A stretch of DNA of 64,000 nt from Parasitella parasitica NRRL 2501 (Eukaryota > Fungi > Mucoromycota). Within the stretch, counting starts at the first letter, position 1. Each line of letters opens with the position of its first letter. Shown here one piece after another: positions 51,201 through 64,000 of this stretch. A program made the position numbers and the translations under genes. The stretch lies in assembly GCA_025201805.1 (NCBI GenBank), contig MU619285.1, forward strand, positions 31,942-95,941. Reading direction: 5' to 3'. The notes beneath the pieces were generated by a model. It searched no databases. It saw nothing but the letters and a program-made list of their open reading frames with translations, and was not told where the DNA came from.

Positions 51201-51971
51201 CCACGAAATACAACTTCCCTGGGTAATATTTGCATGTCCATATTTTCATTCCTTGGGCTGACATTGCTTTACAGTTGGCTTGGTCAAAACTCAAAAGCAC
51301 AAAAGTTTGGTAGATCATTAAGCGATGTACAAGCTCGTATGCGATTGAAAGCATCCGGCGACAAGTTTGAAATCAGACAGAATTACATCCCTACCTTGAA
51401 TGATCGTATATTTGGACAGCTTAATGAAGTTTGTTGAATCACAACGAGTGTAACAAAAGCTAATAGATATGGATTATTATTGTTAGGAAAACTTTGAAGG
51501 CGCCATTGAAGTAATGGATTCTTATTATCTTGATAGAGAAAATCTTGAGGCTCTAAGCGACTTGACGTTTGCTCCTGCAGGAAAGCATCCCTTGCAACAA
51601 ATCCCTACTAAATCCAAAACAGCTTTCACTCGAGTGTAAGTCTTTCTATACACAACATACAACATTTCACGTATTCTGATCAAACTTCTTTCCACAGTTA
51701 CAATGCTGAATCTCATCCTATTTTATTCCAGATTGGTGGCGTCCCAATCAAGAGATCCTCAGTTGCTGGACCCAGAGAGGATGCAGTGGGCACCATTATT
51801 GAAGACGATGAGCCCATTGGCGATGATTTATCAGAAGATGAAGAAGTAACAACAACGGAAGAGGACTTGAAAGAAATTAAAAAATACGTCAAAGAGGTGC
51901 CTCAGAAGAGAAAAGCCGTTGCCTCAGGCAGTAGTCGCACAACCACCAAGAAACTAAAATCTAAAAAATAG
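48240..51971 (+). CDS. RFC1: Replication factor C subunit 1, multi-exon
   Basis: BRCT block FVISGQYETLTRDQTKDIIMRYGG|RVTTAVSGKTSY, LWTEKYKP, Walker A GPPGIGKT, EFNASDVRSKK, Walker B IMDEVDGMSGGDRGG, WLGQNSK and KSKTAFTR|YN. Confidence 0.96.
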
Positions 51972-52699
51972 CCGTGTTTGTACATTCTGCAACATTTTGA
52001 TATCTTTTGTATAATCAAAGCCAAGAATTATAATTTTATATATTTCACTTGCTTACAACTGAAATATGATTAAAAAAAAACTGCTCTATAACTGATTTGA
52101 AATTTGACATTAGTAGTTGATGCACCTGCATAACACAATTAACGTTTTTTGTTTCTCTGCAGATACAAAAAATACAGCATGTGCCTAAATTTTGGAGTGA
52201 ACGTGTTAGGCTTTATCAAAGTCTCTTGCTTGAGCCCACTCATTTCGCTTTCACTGTGGTCATCTTCATGACTTGATTCAATACATATGCATCATTTTAA
52301 GTTTCTACATTGTTGGTGCTTATGATAGTGTTTTCTCCTTTTAAAATTGATAGTAGAACAATCCAATAGTAATTGGTCATTTAAGGTTTCATAGCACCAA
52401 AGATATATAGACATTTGATGGTTACTCTTGACTAATTTTGAATTTGACATGTCCAAGAAGAAACAAAAACTTTCGAGGGGTTTATAAAAATAAACCCCAA
52501 GCCACTTTTTTCGTGTTAAAAAGAACAGCAATAAGGCAACATGTAATCTGTCTTGCTGCTATAAATGTACCTTTATCGAATGAAACAACAAATATATACC
52601 ACTCATCGCTATCTTACAAGTAGTGCATAGTTTCAAATTTGTTTATTCTTTGATACAAAAACCAACTTTAGGTAAGATTAACTGTATATTTAAATAGAC

Positions 52700-53263
52700 T
52701 TAATTCTCGTAGATTAATGAGTGAGTGGTGTGGCTACGAGCAACAGTCTTGACACCACGGGGGAACCACAAAGCAATTTCCTTCTCGGCATTCTCAACAG
52801 AGTCAGAACCGTGGCAGATGTTACGTCCAAGGTCAATACAGAAATCACCACGAATGGTACCAGGAGCAGAGGCCAAAGGGTTGGTCTCACCGAGCCTATG
52901 CATGTGTCAATCGAGGATCTTTTCTCGTTATTCAGATATACTTACATCTTTCTGCCAATCTTGACGGCATCCTTACCAGTCCAGACCATACCGACAACAG
53001 GGCCGGAAGTCATGTACTCGATCATAGCGGGGAAGAAAGGCTTGGTCTTCAAATCACCATACTAACATTTGGTGTAGGTGTTCAATCCTCAAAATATAAA
53101 CCTTGATAAGTCAACTTACATGTTCCTCAAGGAGTTCATTGGTAGGGTGGAGCAACTCAAGAGCAGTGAGTTGGTAACCGCGTTGTTCAAAACGCTTGAT
53201 GATTTCACCAACGATACCGCGCTCAACGCCATCAGGCTTAACCATAATATAGGTACGCTCCAT
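52700..53263 (-). CDS. NDK1: Nucleoside diphosphate kinase, 3 exons
   Basis: [51 protein letters not shown] and [10 protein letters not shown] (catalytic His). Confidence 0.97.
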
Positions 53264-54223
53264 TTTAGATAAGTTTATAGGATTTCTTGAAGAAGAGGAA
53301 AAGGGGAGTGGCTGTAAAAAATTTTCATTTTATTCTAGCCTCCCTTTCAATCCGAATGAATGGTGTAACAATTAAGTAAAAAATCTTGATCCCTGGTCAT
53401 TGATTGACAGGTTGAAACTTTGAATTCAAGACCCATAATACATTCGATGGCTCAACCATGCCAAAACAGCTGTGGGACACAATGTGATTTGATGTAAATT
53501 TTTAATGGAACCTGTCCGGAAGCATCACAACGTTTTCAACCTTTAACATACTCTTGAACTATTCTTGCGTCACTAACATCAAATTTGCCAGTTTATTGTG
53601 AAGTGAAGTGTATCACATACTGTCTGAACATTGCCATCAAAATATAATCTATATTTGAGAATCGAAGCATAATCTTATAATATTTCTAAAACCCATAAAA
53701 CGGGATGAAAGACAACCTCAAACGAATGCGTTTGGCACTTCCTACACAACACGAAATCACTGACCTGTCAAACTCAGGTTCAGGGGTAAGCTTTCAACGT
53801 AATTTTCTTGTATATACAATATAAATACTTGATATTATAATGTAAATCCTGGTGTCTAAAACAAGGAAAAGTAACTATGTACAAAACAATTGTGTACAAA
53901 GCTTTCATTTTAGACGAATTTCGAGTACCTTGAATGGAAACTATTCTTCACGATCATTATATATCTAATTAGGAGAGGCATCGCAACTATTATGCAATTT
54001 TGTAAAGAAATTGAATATTAAAATTTTATGGTAAGAGTGGCCCTGTGAAAAAACGTGATATGCTATAATTTGAACCTTTTATACCACACCTGAGTTGCAA
54101 AGATCTGCACCAAAAAAGTTGATGGATATTCCAGTCTGCAACGACTTCTTCCTTTCTTTTCCTCTCTTTCTTCTCGAATCGTTTATTTTATTTTTTTATT
54201 TTCTCTATTAACCGCAAACAAAT

Positions 54224-55492
54224 ATGGCCTCAGTTACTGCTGAAAAAATTGAAATCCATGAGATTCAACCAGGGTAATAATAAAACGAACTGTGCATTAA
54301 AACACATCTTCTTGGATTGAAACTCATATTCATCAGAATGTCACAAGCCGTGAAGGATTGTATCAGTGGTACTGTAGGCGGTATTGCTCAAGTTCTTTTT
54401 GGCCAGGTATAGATTATTTTCTTTGCCATCAATTGAATGGGTACCATGACTAACATGTAAAACATCTATTTTTTTTTTTAGCCTTTTGACACGGTGAAGG
54501 TCGTAAGTGAAAAAGACATACATACAATTGACTTTCAGATTGTAGGACAGGGGAAATCCAGATCACTGTTGTATTAACTTGATACTTGTAGCGTCTTCAA
54601 ACACAATCAACCACTAATCCAGTCTATTCTGGTATGATAGACTGTGTCAAAAAAACTCGTGCTCAAGAAGGTTTGGCTGGATTTTACAAGGTACGAGGAG
54701 GAAAAATATTTAAATGTTACTAAAATGGGCAACATTTAACAATTTTAACAATTCAGGGTACCATGACACCTTTGGTTGGTATTGGTGCTTGTGTATCAAT
54801 TCAATTTGTTGTGCTCGAAGCTATGAAGCGTCATTTTAGCAGTGTCAACAAGAAGGGAGAGTTCCTTAGCAACAGCCAGCTTTACTTGGCTGGCGCTGCT
54901 AGTGGCTTTGCCAATTCATTTGTGTCAGGACCTGTGGAACACATCCGTACTAGACTTCAGGTCCAAACGGGAACCGGATTTAGCGGTCCCATTGATTGCA
55001 TTCGTCAAATCTACAATGCTCATGGTATCAGAGGCATCTATAAGGGTCAAGCTATCACCATGGCTCGTGAATTCCAAGGTTACGGTGCCTACTTTTTAGC
55101 TTACGAGTATCTTGTCCAACAAGCCATGAAGAAAGATAATTTGCAGAAGCGTTCCGAATTGCCCACTTGGAAGGTGTGTGCTTTTGGTGCTGCTGCTGGA
55201 TATGCCATGTGGTTCACTATTTACCCTATGGATGCTATCAAATCAAAGTTGCAAACTGATGGCTTTACAGCCGAAAGTAAACAGTACTCTTCTGCTTTGG
55301 ACTGTGCTCGCAAGACGTTTGCCAAGGAGGGTGCCGCCGGATTCTTTAGAGGCATTGGTCCTTGCTTGCTCCGTGCTGCTCCTGTCAACGCAGTTACTTT
55401 TATGGGGTGAGTTTAATTGGTAAATGGTAATATTGAAACACGCTAACAGTTTGATGTCTAGTTTTGAAATGGCTATGCGTGTTTTATCCTAA
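54224..55492 (+). CDS. Mitochondrial carrier (SLC25), YMC1/YMC2-like, multi-exon
   Basis: Three carrier repeats: GQ|PFDTVKV|[13 protein letters not shown] and [34 protein letters not shown] resembles yeast Ymc1/2. Confidence 0.92.
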
Positions 55493-56213
55493 GCTTCTGC
55501 TACTTGAGATTAACATTTTTGTCATATATTTATTTTGAACATATACATGAATAAGATGGAAAACAGAAAAAGAATACTTTGAATGTAAAAAGCTTCAGAT
55601 TAGATTAGGTGATTAGATAATTTTCTGTTTTTACTATGTATTATATTTACTGATCCAATAAACATTTGCTTTCTCTTTCTAATTTCGAACCACTGTAGTG
55701 CTGATGGAGATGGAGCCTTTACAACTATTTACCAAGCAATCAATAAATAAATCATCCCTTTTGATGTTTCTAGAATAGTTATTACCTTTAATAAAAGGTA
55801 TCATAAAAGGTATCAAAAAGTACAGCTATATGTATATATACATCTACGCTGGGGCAATATTTGCATTGGAATCATAAAATAATTGATTTAATCAATATGA
55901 ATTCGTAGGCATCAACCTACACTTGATTTCAATGTTTGCATTTTATATATATGATAGGAAATTGGAGAGATGATTATGGATTCGGAGGCATTGATTACTA
56001 TACGAAATCTGAGGAGTGCTTCCCTTCACGAGCGTGTATAAGCGATTGAGGGTGGTGTAACACTAAATCAGGGCCATCGACAGAATAAAGCAGGCCCGGA
56101 AAAGCGCAATCTTGCTTTTCTTGTTTATTTTGTTGGTTAATACACACACCATTCAAGTGTCTCTAATATAATATATATTTATATTATATATTTATATATA
56201 TATATATTGTACA

Positions 56214-58510
56214 ATGGAAAGGTATGTAGAATTACCGTACATCTCAAATCACTCATTCTTTACTATGGTCCACAGTGATCTTATCGATAACAGCAATAAA
56301 CATAATACCCCGCAAAATAGCTTCAGCAACGACCAAGAAAAAGAGGAGGTCAAAATCGATACGGATGCCACAGTAACAGAACGAGACCGTAACTCGATGA
56401 CAGACATCAAAGTAGTACTGAAGCGCAACATCAAGCACTTTTACTAATTTGTTTTTAATAGTTACTTGAAGCCCGTAGTGCTATTTTACTTCGAAATAAC
56501 GATCAGTATGTCACCCGAAATGAGCCAACCATGTGGATCTTAAACCATATGTTCCGTCCATTAACGACACGCGATTATGATGTACGAAATACAAAGTGTT
56601 TTGCTGCGATACATGAATTAACGGATTGTTAATAGGAATACCAACTCCTTCTTTTATCACCAAGTATCAAGCCGGCCTGGGAACGAAAGAAAAAAGACAC
56701 AAAGTATCAACCGCCACCACCACAGCAAGATGCTCATTTTACTGCGAATCATCAACAAATACCATCTTCAGGAACCATATCCACCACCAATGAGAGGACA
56801 CCAACCCCGCCAGTCTTATCATCTTCCATGCAGCCATCGGCGACCACACGATCCATTGCAAATAACAGAATGTACATCATCACCCCTCGCACGAGGATTT
56901 TGACAGTATCCAAAGAGCACTGCATGGTGTTTGTGATCGACTTGAGCTCAAGCCTAGCAACAATAGAAACCAGCACTGGAAAAGTGATGATTGGCAGCGT
57001 TTTCACAGTGCTGGAGAATATAATCCAGGGCCTTGTGAAGCCATTTTCGATATACACATCAGAAACATCGCCGCCCATTGTGGTAAGTGAACCATTCCAA
57101 CAAGACATAAATGTCGGCCCTAATAATTTACATAATAGATGGAGTATGTGATACGAATTACGGTGATAGCCGAATGCTCACAATTCGGGTCCAATATGAA
57201 TGTTATACCAATTTTGGCAGAATATCCTACAATGCGAGTGCTAATGCAAAATATTCATGTTTCTGTCAATAATGTAACAACTGTGCTTCGAAATCTTCAA
57301 GATATGATTGACGCATTCAAGAAAGATTTGGGAAAGTTTCGAAAAAAGTTGACGATCAAACGCTCCAAGATGGGATACGAGTTGGATGTGAGAGATGAAC
57401 ATACCCAATCAGTGACAGAAAGCGTTGAAACCAATTTTAAGCTGCAAAATTCGCTGAATTCACCTACATCCAAGTCTCGAAAAGGGTCGGCTAGTAGTGC
57501 AAACAAAGGAAGCCTGCAGCAAGGTCAGCATACTCGACATTCAAGAAACAAGTCCCTGTCGTCTAAACACCAGAGCAGCAGCAAAAAGATGGATGTCAAC
57601 GCAAACAAAAAGTCGACGAATAGTCCAAGCACCAGCCATCCCCAGCACCAGCATAGACACACATCTTCACTGTCTGCTTTAAATATTGAGACTGGCCCAA
57701 CAAGACGAACCAATTTAAAGGACAAAAAGGATACATGGGGGGTTGGCAAAACAGGCAGTAGCCTAGCTTATATTCTGCGAGCAGGACTATTTGCACTTGG
57801 CCTATTGCCGAAGCATGGGCAGCCCTCGCTCACTCTTCTGACAGACGGCGTTGTAAAATCGAATATTCAAGACGAATCAGTTATTCGCCAGCTGACAGCC
57901 GAGAACATCTCCTGCAATGTGGTGCAAATTGGCCAAGAGAAAGGGTTCTTTCCAGGCCTTAACTTTGGGTTTGTGCCTGATAATGAGATACTGGAATTTG
58001 TTGCTCTTGCGACGAATGGCGTTTTCACCTATGGCGAGAATTGTCCTAGAATATCTATCGCAACAGCTGATACGAGCACAATGGAAACCATCTTTTTTAT
58101 GCCACCCAACATTTACCATCATCGCTATATGCTCAAGGAAATCAATCTTGACCAGACAAACTCGTCCCATCTAATGCGGAAAGCCAAGGACAATAACAGC
58201 ACCCAGTCTAAATCAGTAGAAAATGACATATCTTCGTCGCTAATCAGAGATAACACTGCATTATTGCAGTCAAACGTAGGCACTATAAGTCATGGAAGTA
58301 TTCCTCATTTTGATCGCAGAGCATTTCCCTGGGATCCAATGGCTGCTCCCATTGCAGAAGATTTGGGAAAACTTAAATTTAAGGAATATTTCCTGCCTAC
58401 AGAGTGTTGGCATTTCATGCGAGCCAGACTTCGCCAGGGATTTGTTTTGCAATCAGTATCTTTTACAGATGAGCCCAAAATAGCAATTGTCAGCAAATCT
58501 ACTAGCATTT

Positions 58511-58551
<41 letters not shown>

Positions 58552-61500
58552 CAACAGCAAAATAACGACGGATTACCAAACTTCCAGAAGAAACAAAATG
58601 TCGTTATAGTATTTATTCTGCGCTGGCAACCAAACATCACTGTGCATTACTCTATCAAAGCATTATGGACATCTTCCCTTAGATACCACTTGAAGTCCAT
58701 GTCCTTGACCCAGGAAAAACTTACCAATATTCCTGAAGAGCCACCCAAAATGTTGGACGATGACAACATCTTTAGCTGTATGCGTGCACCCAAGGCGGAG
58801 ATCGTCATTAAATCCACCTCTAGTTTCTCTCACATGCTGCATAATTGGGATCAATTTCAGAGACGAAGCCAAATGATGGCAGTGCAAGGGGGAAACGCTA
58901 CCATAGACTTGGCAAGTGCGCCAGGGTTTATAAAGGTTGGGAAAATGAAGCGACTTCTCGAACGGCTGGCAGATACCGATAGTATGCTGAAGCAGCTAGT
59001 TCAGTTCAACATCACCGATAAAGGTCAATCCTCGCAACGTCAGCTTGCCGATAGTCTTGACACATCATCCAGCATGGACTGGTCGTCTCAACTGAGTTAC
59101 ATTCAAAAGTTTAGCTCGCATTGGGCAAAGCTTGAAAGATCGGAACTGCGAGTGTTTAATGCGTGCTGGTACGACGAACACCATTTCAATATCATTATTG
59201 GAGATCTGCCTGGCGCATCAAAGATGAATGGCATTGATAGCAACCAGGTACAAATTTCTCTGAACCAGATCTACGACAAGCTGCATAGATGGTCCACTTT
59301 TATGAGCGAAGATCAGCAAGTGTACATCAAATTGCTCAATGTGGGAGAGACATTAAGCACATTTAAGCATCATCCAGCTGATGATGTCAACGGCAACAAC
59401 AGGAGACCAAGCAGTCTTCATTTGAACCCTTCCAACAGCAGCAACAAAAAGCATATTGTGCCCCAATTCTGCGAGGTTCGAGTTGTCCGAGAAACAGACC
59501 GGGTATTGTTAATCAAACAGGTATTTTTCAATGCAGATGTCAGTCATCGCCATTACATTATAAAGGAATTGCAAGGCCTTTTGCAGACAAATCCCATGGC
59601 TGATACCAATGTACGTAAACTGAGCATCAGGGGTCCCAATAATATGTCGACTGGACTCGGCATTACAGAAGAAGACTACTATATTGATTCCAATACTATG
59701 ACTACAGTCACCAAACGCCCGCTATCAAGCCTGATCATGAGAAACAGCTCTCATTACTTGGCTCCACAGCATATAGGGTCTCTCGATTCATGCAAAGTCA
59801 GCCATCAAGACAGCAGCAGCAGTAAATCATTGTGGTGTATTGATCCCTTTATGAAGTTGACTGGCGAGTTTCTTGTTCGCAACTATCTGCACCAATACAC
59901 TTGGCATTGGGACGCACAGGATGTTTTGAACGGCAAACATGTATTTCATCACTATTTCTCACCTGTCATGAATCTGGCATTTGATCATATCATGGCTGTT
60001 AGGTTAGAGCAGGTAAGTTTAGCAGCGTTGTTACAATGCCTGACAGTGCCAGACTAACCAATTGCAATCCAAAGAACTGGAGCCTCATCTCGTTCAACAA
60101 GTCGTTTGCCCATTTCTACAAAGAGACCAGTTGGGCATTTGAGGGCAATGATGCAGGCACGTGCTACTCTGCTCAGTATTTCATATGGAAGGACGTCCCA
60201 AAGAAACGAATTTCAACAGAACTGTGGCTTGAACCTATGTTTGATCAGGCACTCAAGCTGTATGACTCGATCAAACAGGACATTTTTGAAAAGGACAGAA
60301 GCATACTATCGCAGCTGATAACGTTTGACATATTGTATCTTTTTGGCAAAAGCTCCAAAATGACCATTTCAAGTACATTGAGTGACCACCAAATGGAAGT
60401 CGAAGATGAGACTCGCGGCGTTGTCAAATGGATGCAAAGGGCATCGTTATTTAATATTACTGCTGCATTGAAATTGGGGCACTTTTTGTTTGCTTTATAT
60501 CCCTGTCCAAACTACAACAGACATTTTCATCCAGAAGGCAGCGATTCTGTTATCATTGAGCAGCAACAGCAACAGCAGCAACAACAGCAGCAACAACAGC
60601 AGCAACAACAGCAACAGCAGCAACAGCAGCAGCAGCCAAGACATCAGCATTATGATGCGTTTACACCAGATCCTTTGGAGGGTACAAGCTACGTGCGTAG
60701 AAGAAACGGTGCATTTACGTCTTCGATTACTGTTCCTGCAACGACAACATCTGCTACTATGCATACACCACGTTCTCGTACAGTGCCCAGATTCAGCCCG
60801 ATAGGCTCACCACTCACATCCAGGACGCCGCTGGCATGGCACACTGATAAAGGCAGCTCTACATGTACCTGTCCCAGGCCAGACGAGCTATTTTGCGCGC
60901 AAAAGGACGATATATCCAGACTGCGTCCAGTTTTTAGAGACATTGCCCTACTCCATTACTATGTGCAGCAGTCGCTTTCTGCTGTTACAGACCGCAGCAT
61001 GTCTTTGAACAAAACCATGCATGACGACTTTTGGCCGTCCATCATGAAGGAGATTTTCAACAAGGAAGGGCAGCTCAAAATAGGAGCTCATCAAAGCACA
61101 TTGTTTGTAGCGCAAAACTTTCGGGACCTGCAATGCTTTATCAAGATATTCGATCCCTCTGTGTTCATCGTCGTCCTGATTCCTCGCTTGGATTCCGTCG
61201 TAAAGAGTCTGTGTAAGCTGGACACTACACCTTGCGCCTCGTCCTTTGAGCGCATGGGGCTCATCATGTTTGAATGTCAGCGACAAGACAGCACGATCCG
61301 AATGCAACACACTGCATTCAATGCCGACCAAATCAAGGTGAATCCTATCGATTTCATGTCGTCTAAAGAGTGGCTAGAAAGTATTCGGTCGACGCTACGG
61401 CCCAACCTGTTCCGGGGCTATTTTTCAAGCACTGAAGCATTGATAGACGAGGCTCTGTCCGACCGGACGCTCCGATTAATGCAAGATGTTGCGCAAGTCT

Positions 61501-64000
61501 ACTCTAGAAGCTTTGTCAAGTCTATTTTCACCTGTCTTTTGCACGGTAGAGCGGTTGATTCGGAAGACTTTGAGAAAGTATTAGAGATTTGTGATGAATC
61601 CAACCTAGACATTGACTTGACAGGCTATTTGAATGTGCAGACGTTGCTCAAGCGAAGATCACGAACAAGGGAGGAAGAATTGATATCTGCAAATCAGCGT
61701 TTTATCTCTGTTTTGGGACATTACTTTGAGCCTGTTATTATTTCGAATACCAAATGGACAAATATGTACTGCTACCGCCCCCCCTTTGCCAAGGTCGGCC
61801 AGAAACTCGGATTGTCTCTGTCGTCGGGTGAAAAACCAAGCAATCTGGCTGATGTAGTGGTGTGCGCCCAAAACCCTTTATTTGTTCGACTTGATTGCAC
61901 TCTACGCAAGCCATCTGAATCCGGGTCTGGCTTTGATGAAATCACTTTTCCTTTGCAAAGCCTGCCTGTCCTATACGAAGGAGAAACAGAGAACGGAGAG
62001 ATGTACAACTTTGAGCCCGACTCAATTGGCACAAACTTCTCTCCTGTCGACTCAGCAGATGGCACAACAGCTACATTACATTTGGTTTGTTTGACTCTAC
62101 CGCAATCGGATTATGACCCTCCCAATGCGCTGTTCTCACACAAATCAGGCTGCCCAGCCGATAGTGCAGTCAACCACCAAGCGTAAGTAGTGTCGATTGC
62201 ACAGGGTAACAATAGACCACTAAAACTTTGTTATGCAGATCGTTCCTGGACGCAGAAAAGACCCATAGAGCCAGGCTACCTTCGTTAAGTCAGGACAAAC
62301 AAGATGCGTTAGTAGAAACAGAGGCTAGGCTAACCTGGCTATTCACTGAGGAAATCATGCACGGTTTACTTCGATCTGGTCCAATCACTCAAAATGTCAT
62401 TCGCTATATTGAAGCGCAATTGAAGAAAAAGAACCCATTTGTGGATTTCCCTACTACCATGTTCATCCCACTAGCCTTTGTCAAAAGCCAAAAAGAAAGC
62501 CGTCGACTGTTCTTTGAACAACTAGAGAAGCATGACAAGACGCCTTACAGACTAGTTCGAGTAGGCGATTGCTTTTATGCCAGTGACAACGGTTCTAGCT
62601 CTTTGAACTCGCTCGTGGGAGACAATGAGGAAGACAAGGATGAAAATATATCGCTGTTTGATGGAGAAGGGCTGAATATCACTACTTGTAGCCGTAAGAG
62701 GCGCACCGGTGTATTAACCAGCGGTGATATTAGCGATAACGAAGGCTCGGGAGATAGAGAAGGGGAGCAACAAAGCGATGAATTCTGTCAAGGTTTAGGG
62801 ATTAGCATCCTGGAACCCGAGACACCTGACGAAGATGACAGCAATGAGGCAAAGCCTGAGCCTATGAGATCCCAGCTTTACTGGCTTTTGCTGATTCCTC
62901 AGGCACAAAATGTACAGATTTACTTTTACTCAAAAATGCAGCAAACGGTCAATCGCTCAGAAATTATACGTGTTACTAAAACCATGGTGAATGAAGTCAT
63001 GGAAAGAACAAACAAGCTATCCTTGCTGCAACATTTACATAATACCCGTCGATGCAGGTAAATGTCATGAATATATGTATATAATATATGTATATAGTAT
63101 ATATATATATATATATATAAAGATGGTCCGCATGTTTGCGCAAACTAAATTGATTCATAGCAAATATCTATTAGCTTCTGCAGAAGAGGAAAAACCATTC
63201 TACTCGTCTTCTTGCGACGACTCTAGCGAAGAGGAGGAGTTTTCTGCTTGTTCCACGACACCCAAAGGAACCGCTGGCAACAATCTTGTCGAAATTTTAT
63301 CCACCTCTGGCGAAGAAACTGCGTTTTCACCACCTAAAAAGTTTCTCCCAGGCCAATTCAGCTGTGAGTTGGTGTTTTCAAAACGCTTCCCGCTTCATTG
63401 GAGACTAGCGCCTAATGCTGCCTATAACAAACTGATGACAGACACGTTGCCTCCTTTTCTCGTACAAAATAAGCCCGGCATGTTTGTCTGCTCACACGAA
63501 GATGCCGTAGTCTACTGTTTCCTGTCAGAAGTTGCGACCACAATGCACAGCGCTACTTTATCCGACACTATGAACCAGTCTTTTTTGAGTGCCAATAACG
63601 CAGATGACAACAGCTATTTCATGGCAAATCCTGAATCCCCATATGGTGGAATCTCTTCTTCCTTGTCAGCCTCTGCTGCAGTTATAAATGACTCAGATAC
63701 TGCATTTGGCACGTCAAATCCTAGAGGACGGTACCCGTCGCACATGTACAACAACAGGCCCTCACCTCAGGGCAGTGTCACCAGTGAGCGACAACAGTTT
63801 ACTCCTCGTCAAAGTCCAAGCTTAACAGATGCCGGTGCCTCAGTTTCGTCTCCTATAGCAGGCCGAAAGCCAGGAACCAGGCATTACGACGGTAGAGAGC
63901 TTTTACTCGAAGTCTATGGTGCTGACATGAACTCGTACATTGTGGACGGGCTTGTTGAAATGATCAATTCACGCATCACTTCTGAAATCACTTTGAAAGA
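56214..64000 (+). CDS. SZT2: SZT2 homologue (KICSTOR scaffold), multi-exon, runs off the right edge
   Basis: N-terminal vWA-like blocks VFVIDLSSSL...GKVMI..VF..L...IQGLVKPF, LLTDGV, FGFVPDNEILEFVALATNG, RARLRQGF and LRWQPNITVHYSI. These parallel the DLSPS..GLLRPF, ITDGV, FGHVPNVELM..IA.AT.G and VRLREGY blocks I recall from animal SZT2. Very large ORFs (972, 716 and 277 aa) continue to the edge. Confidence 0.8.
58516..58560 (+). repeat. Coding CAG/CAA repeat (polyQ, 15 Gln) in SZT2
   Basis: (CAG)10 followed by CAA/CAG codons, in frame. Confidence 0.95.
60561..60635 (+). repeat. Coding CAG/CAA repeat (polyQ, ~25 Gln) in SZT2
   Basis: Mixed CAG/CAA codons, in frame. Confidence 0.95.

Noticed and set aside
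55950-56110. GC-richer patch upstream of SZT2 as an ncRNA
   Set aside because: Only an imperfect C box and a CTGA are present, with no guide or known RNA similarity I can support. It is more likely promoter sequence.

Overview
AT-rich, intron-rich eukaryotic DNA, most consistent with a Mucorales (Mucoromycota) fungus. This is inferred from short ~55-70 nt GT-AG introns, the gene set and Mucor-type Tc1 elements. It is a draft assembly with three short N gaps. Thirteen protein-coding genes can be rebuilt by hand-splicing. In order they are: TDP1 (truncated at the left edge), a SAM-like/Lys-rich hypothetical protein, an epoxide hydrolase, 3-hydroxyanthranilate dioxygenase (BNA1, largely missed by the ORF track), a ~14 kb DNA-PKcs gene, an HMG-box transcription factor, HPRT, a secreted C-type-lectin-like protein, a DH-PH-like protein with C-terminal PH-like domains, RFC1, NDK1, a YMC1/2-type mitochondrial carrier and an SZT2 (KICSTOR) homologue truncated at the right edge. 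Intergenic blocks hold decayed mobile DNA: a DIRS RNaseH-methyltransferase relic fused to a LINE-ORF1-like piece, several Tc1/IS630 relics (one forming a fold-back), two PIF/Harbinger copies, a MITE, an Rpn-like PD-(D/E)xK relic, and a non-coding, internally repetitive element family present at ~5.3-8.4 kb and, inverted, at ~45.9-46.6 kb. No tRNA, rRNA or CRISPR array was supportable. I found no single clearly novel multi-gene system. The best leads are genes known mainly from animals (DNA-PKcs, SZT2, a C-type lectin domain), the non-coding repeat family and the Rpn-like relic. All family assignments come from motif recognition, not database searches.
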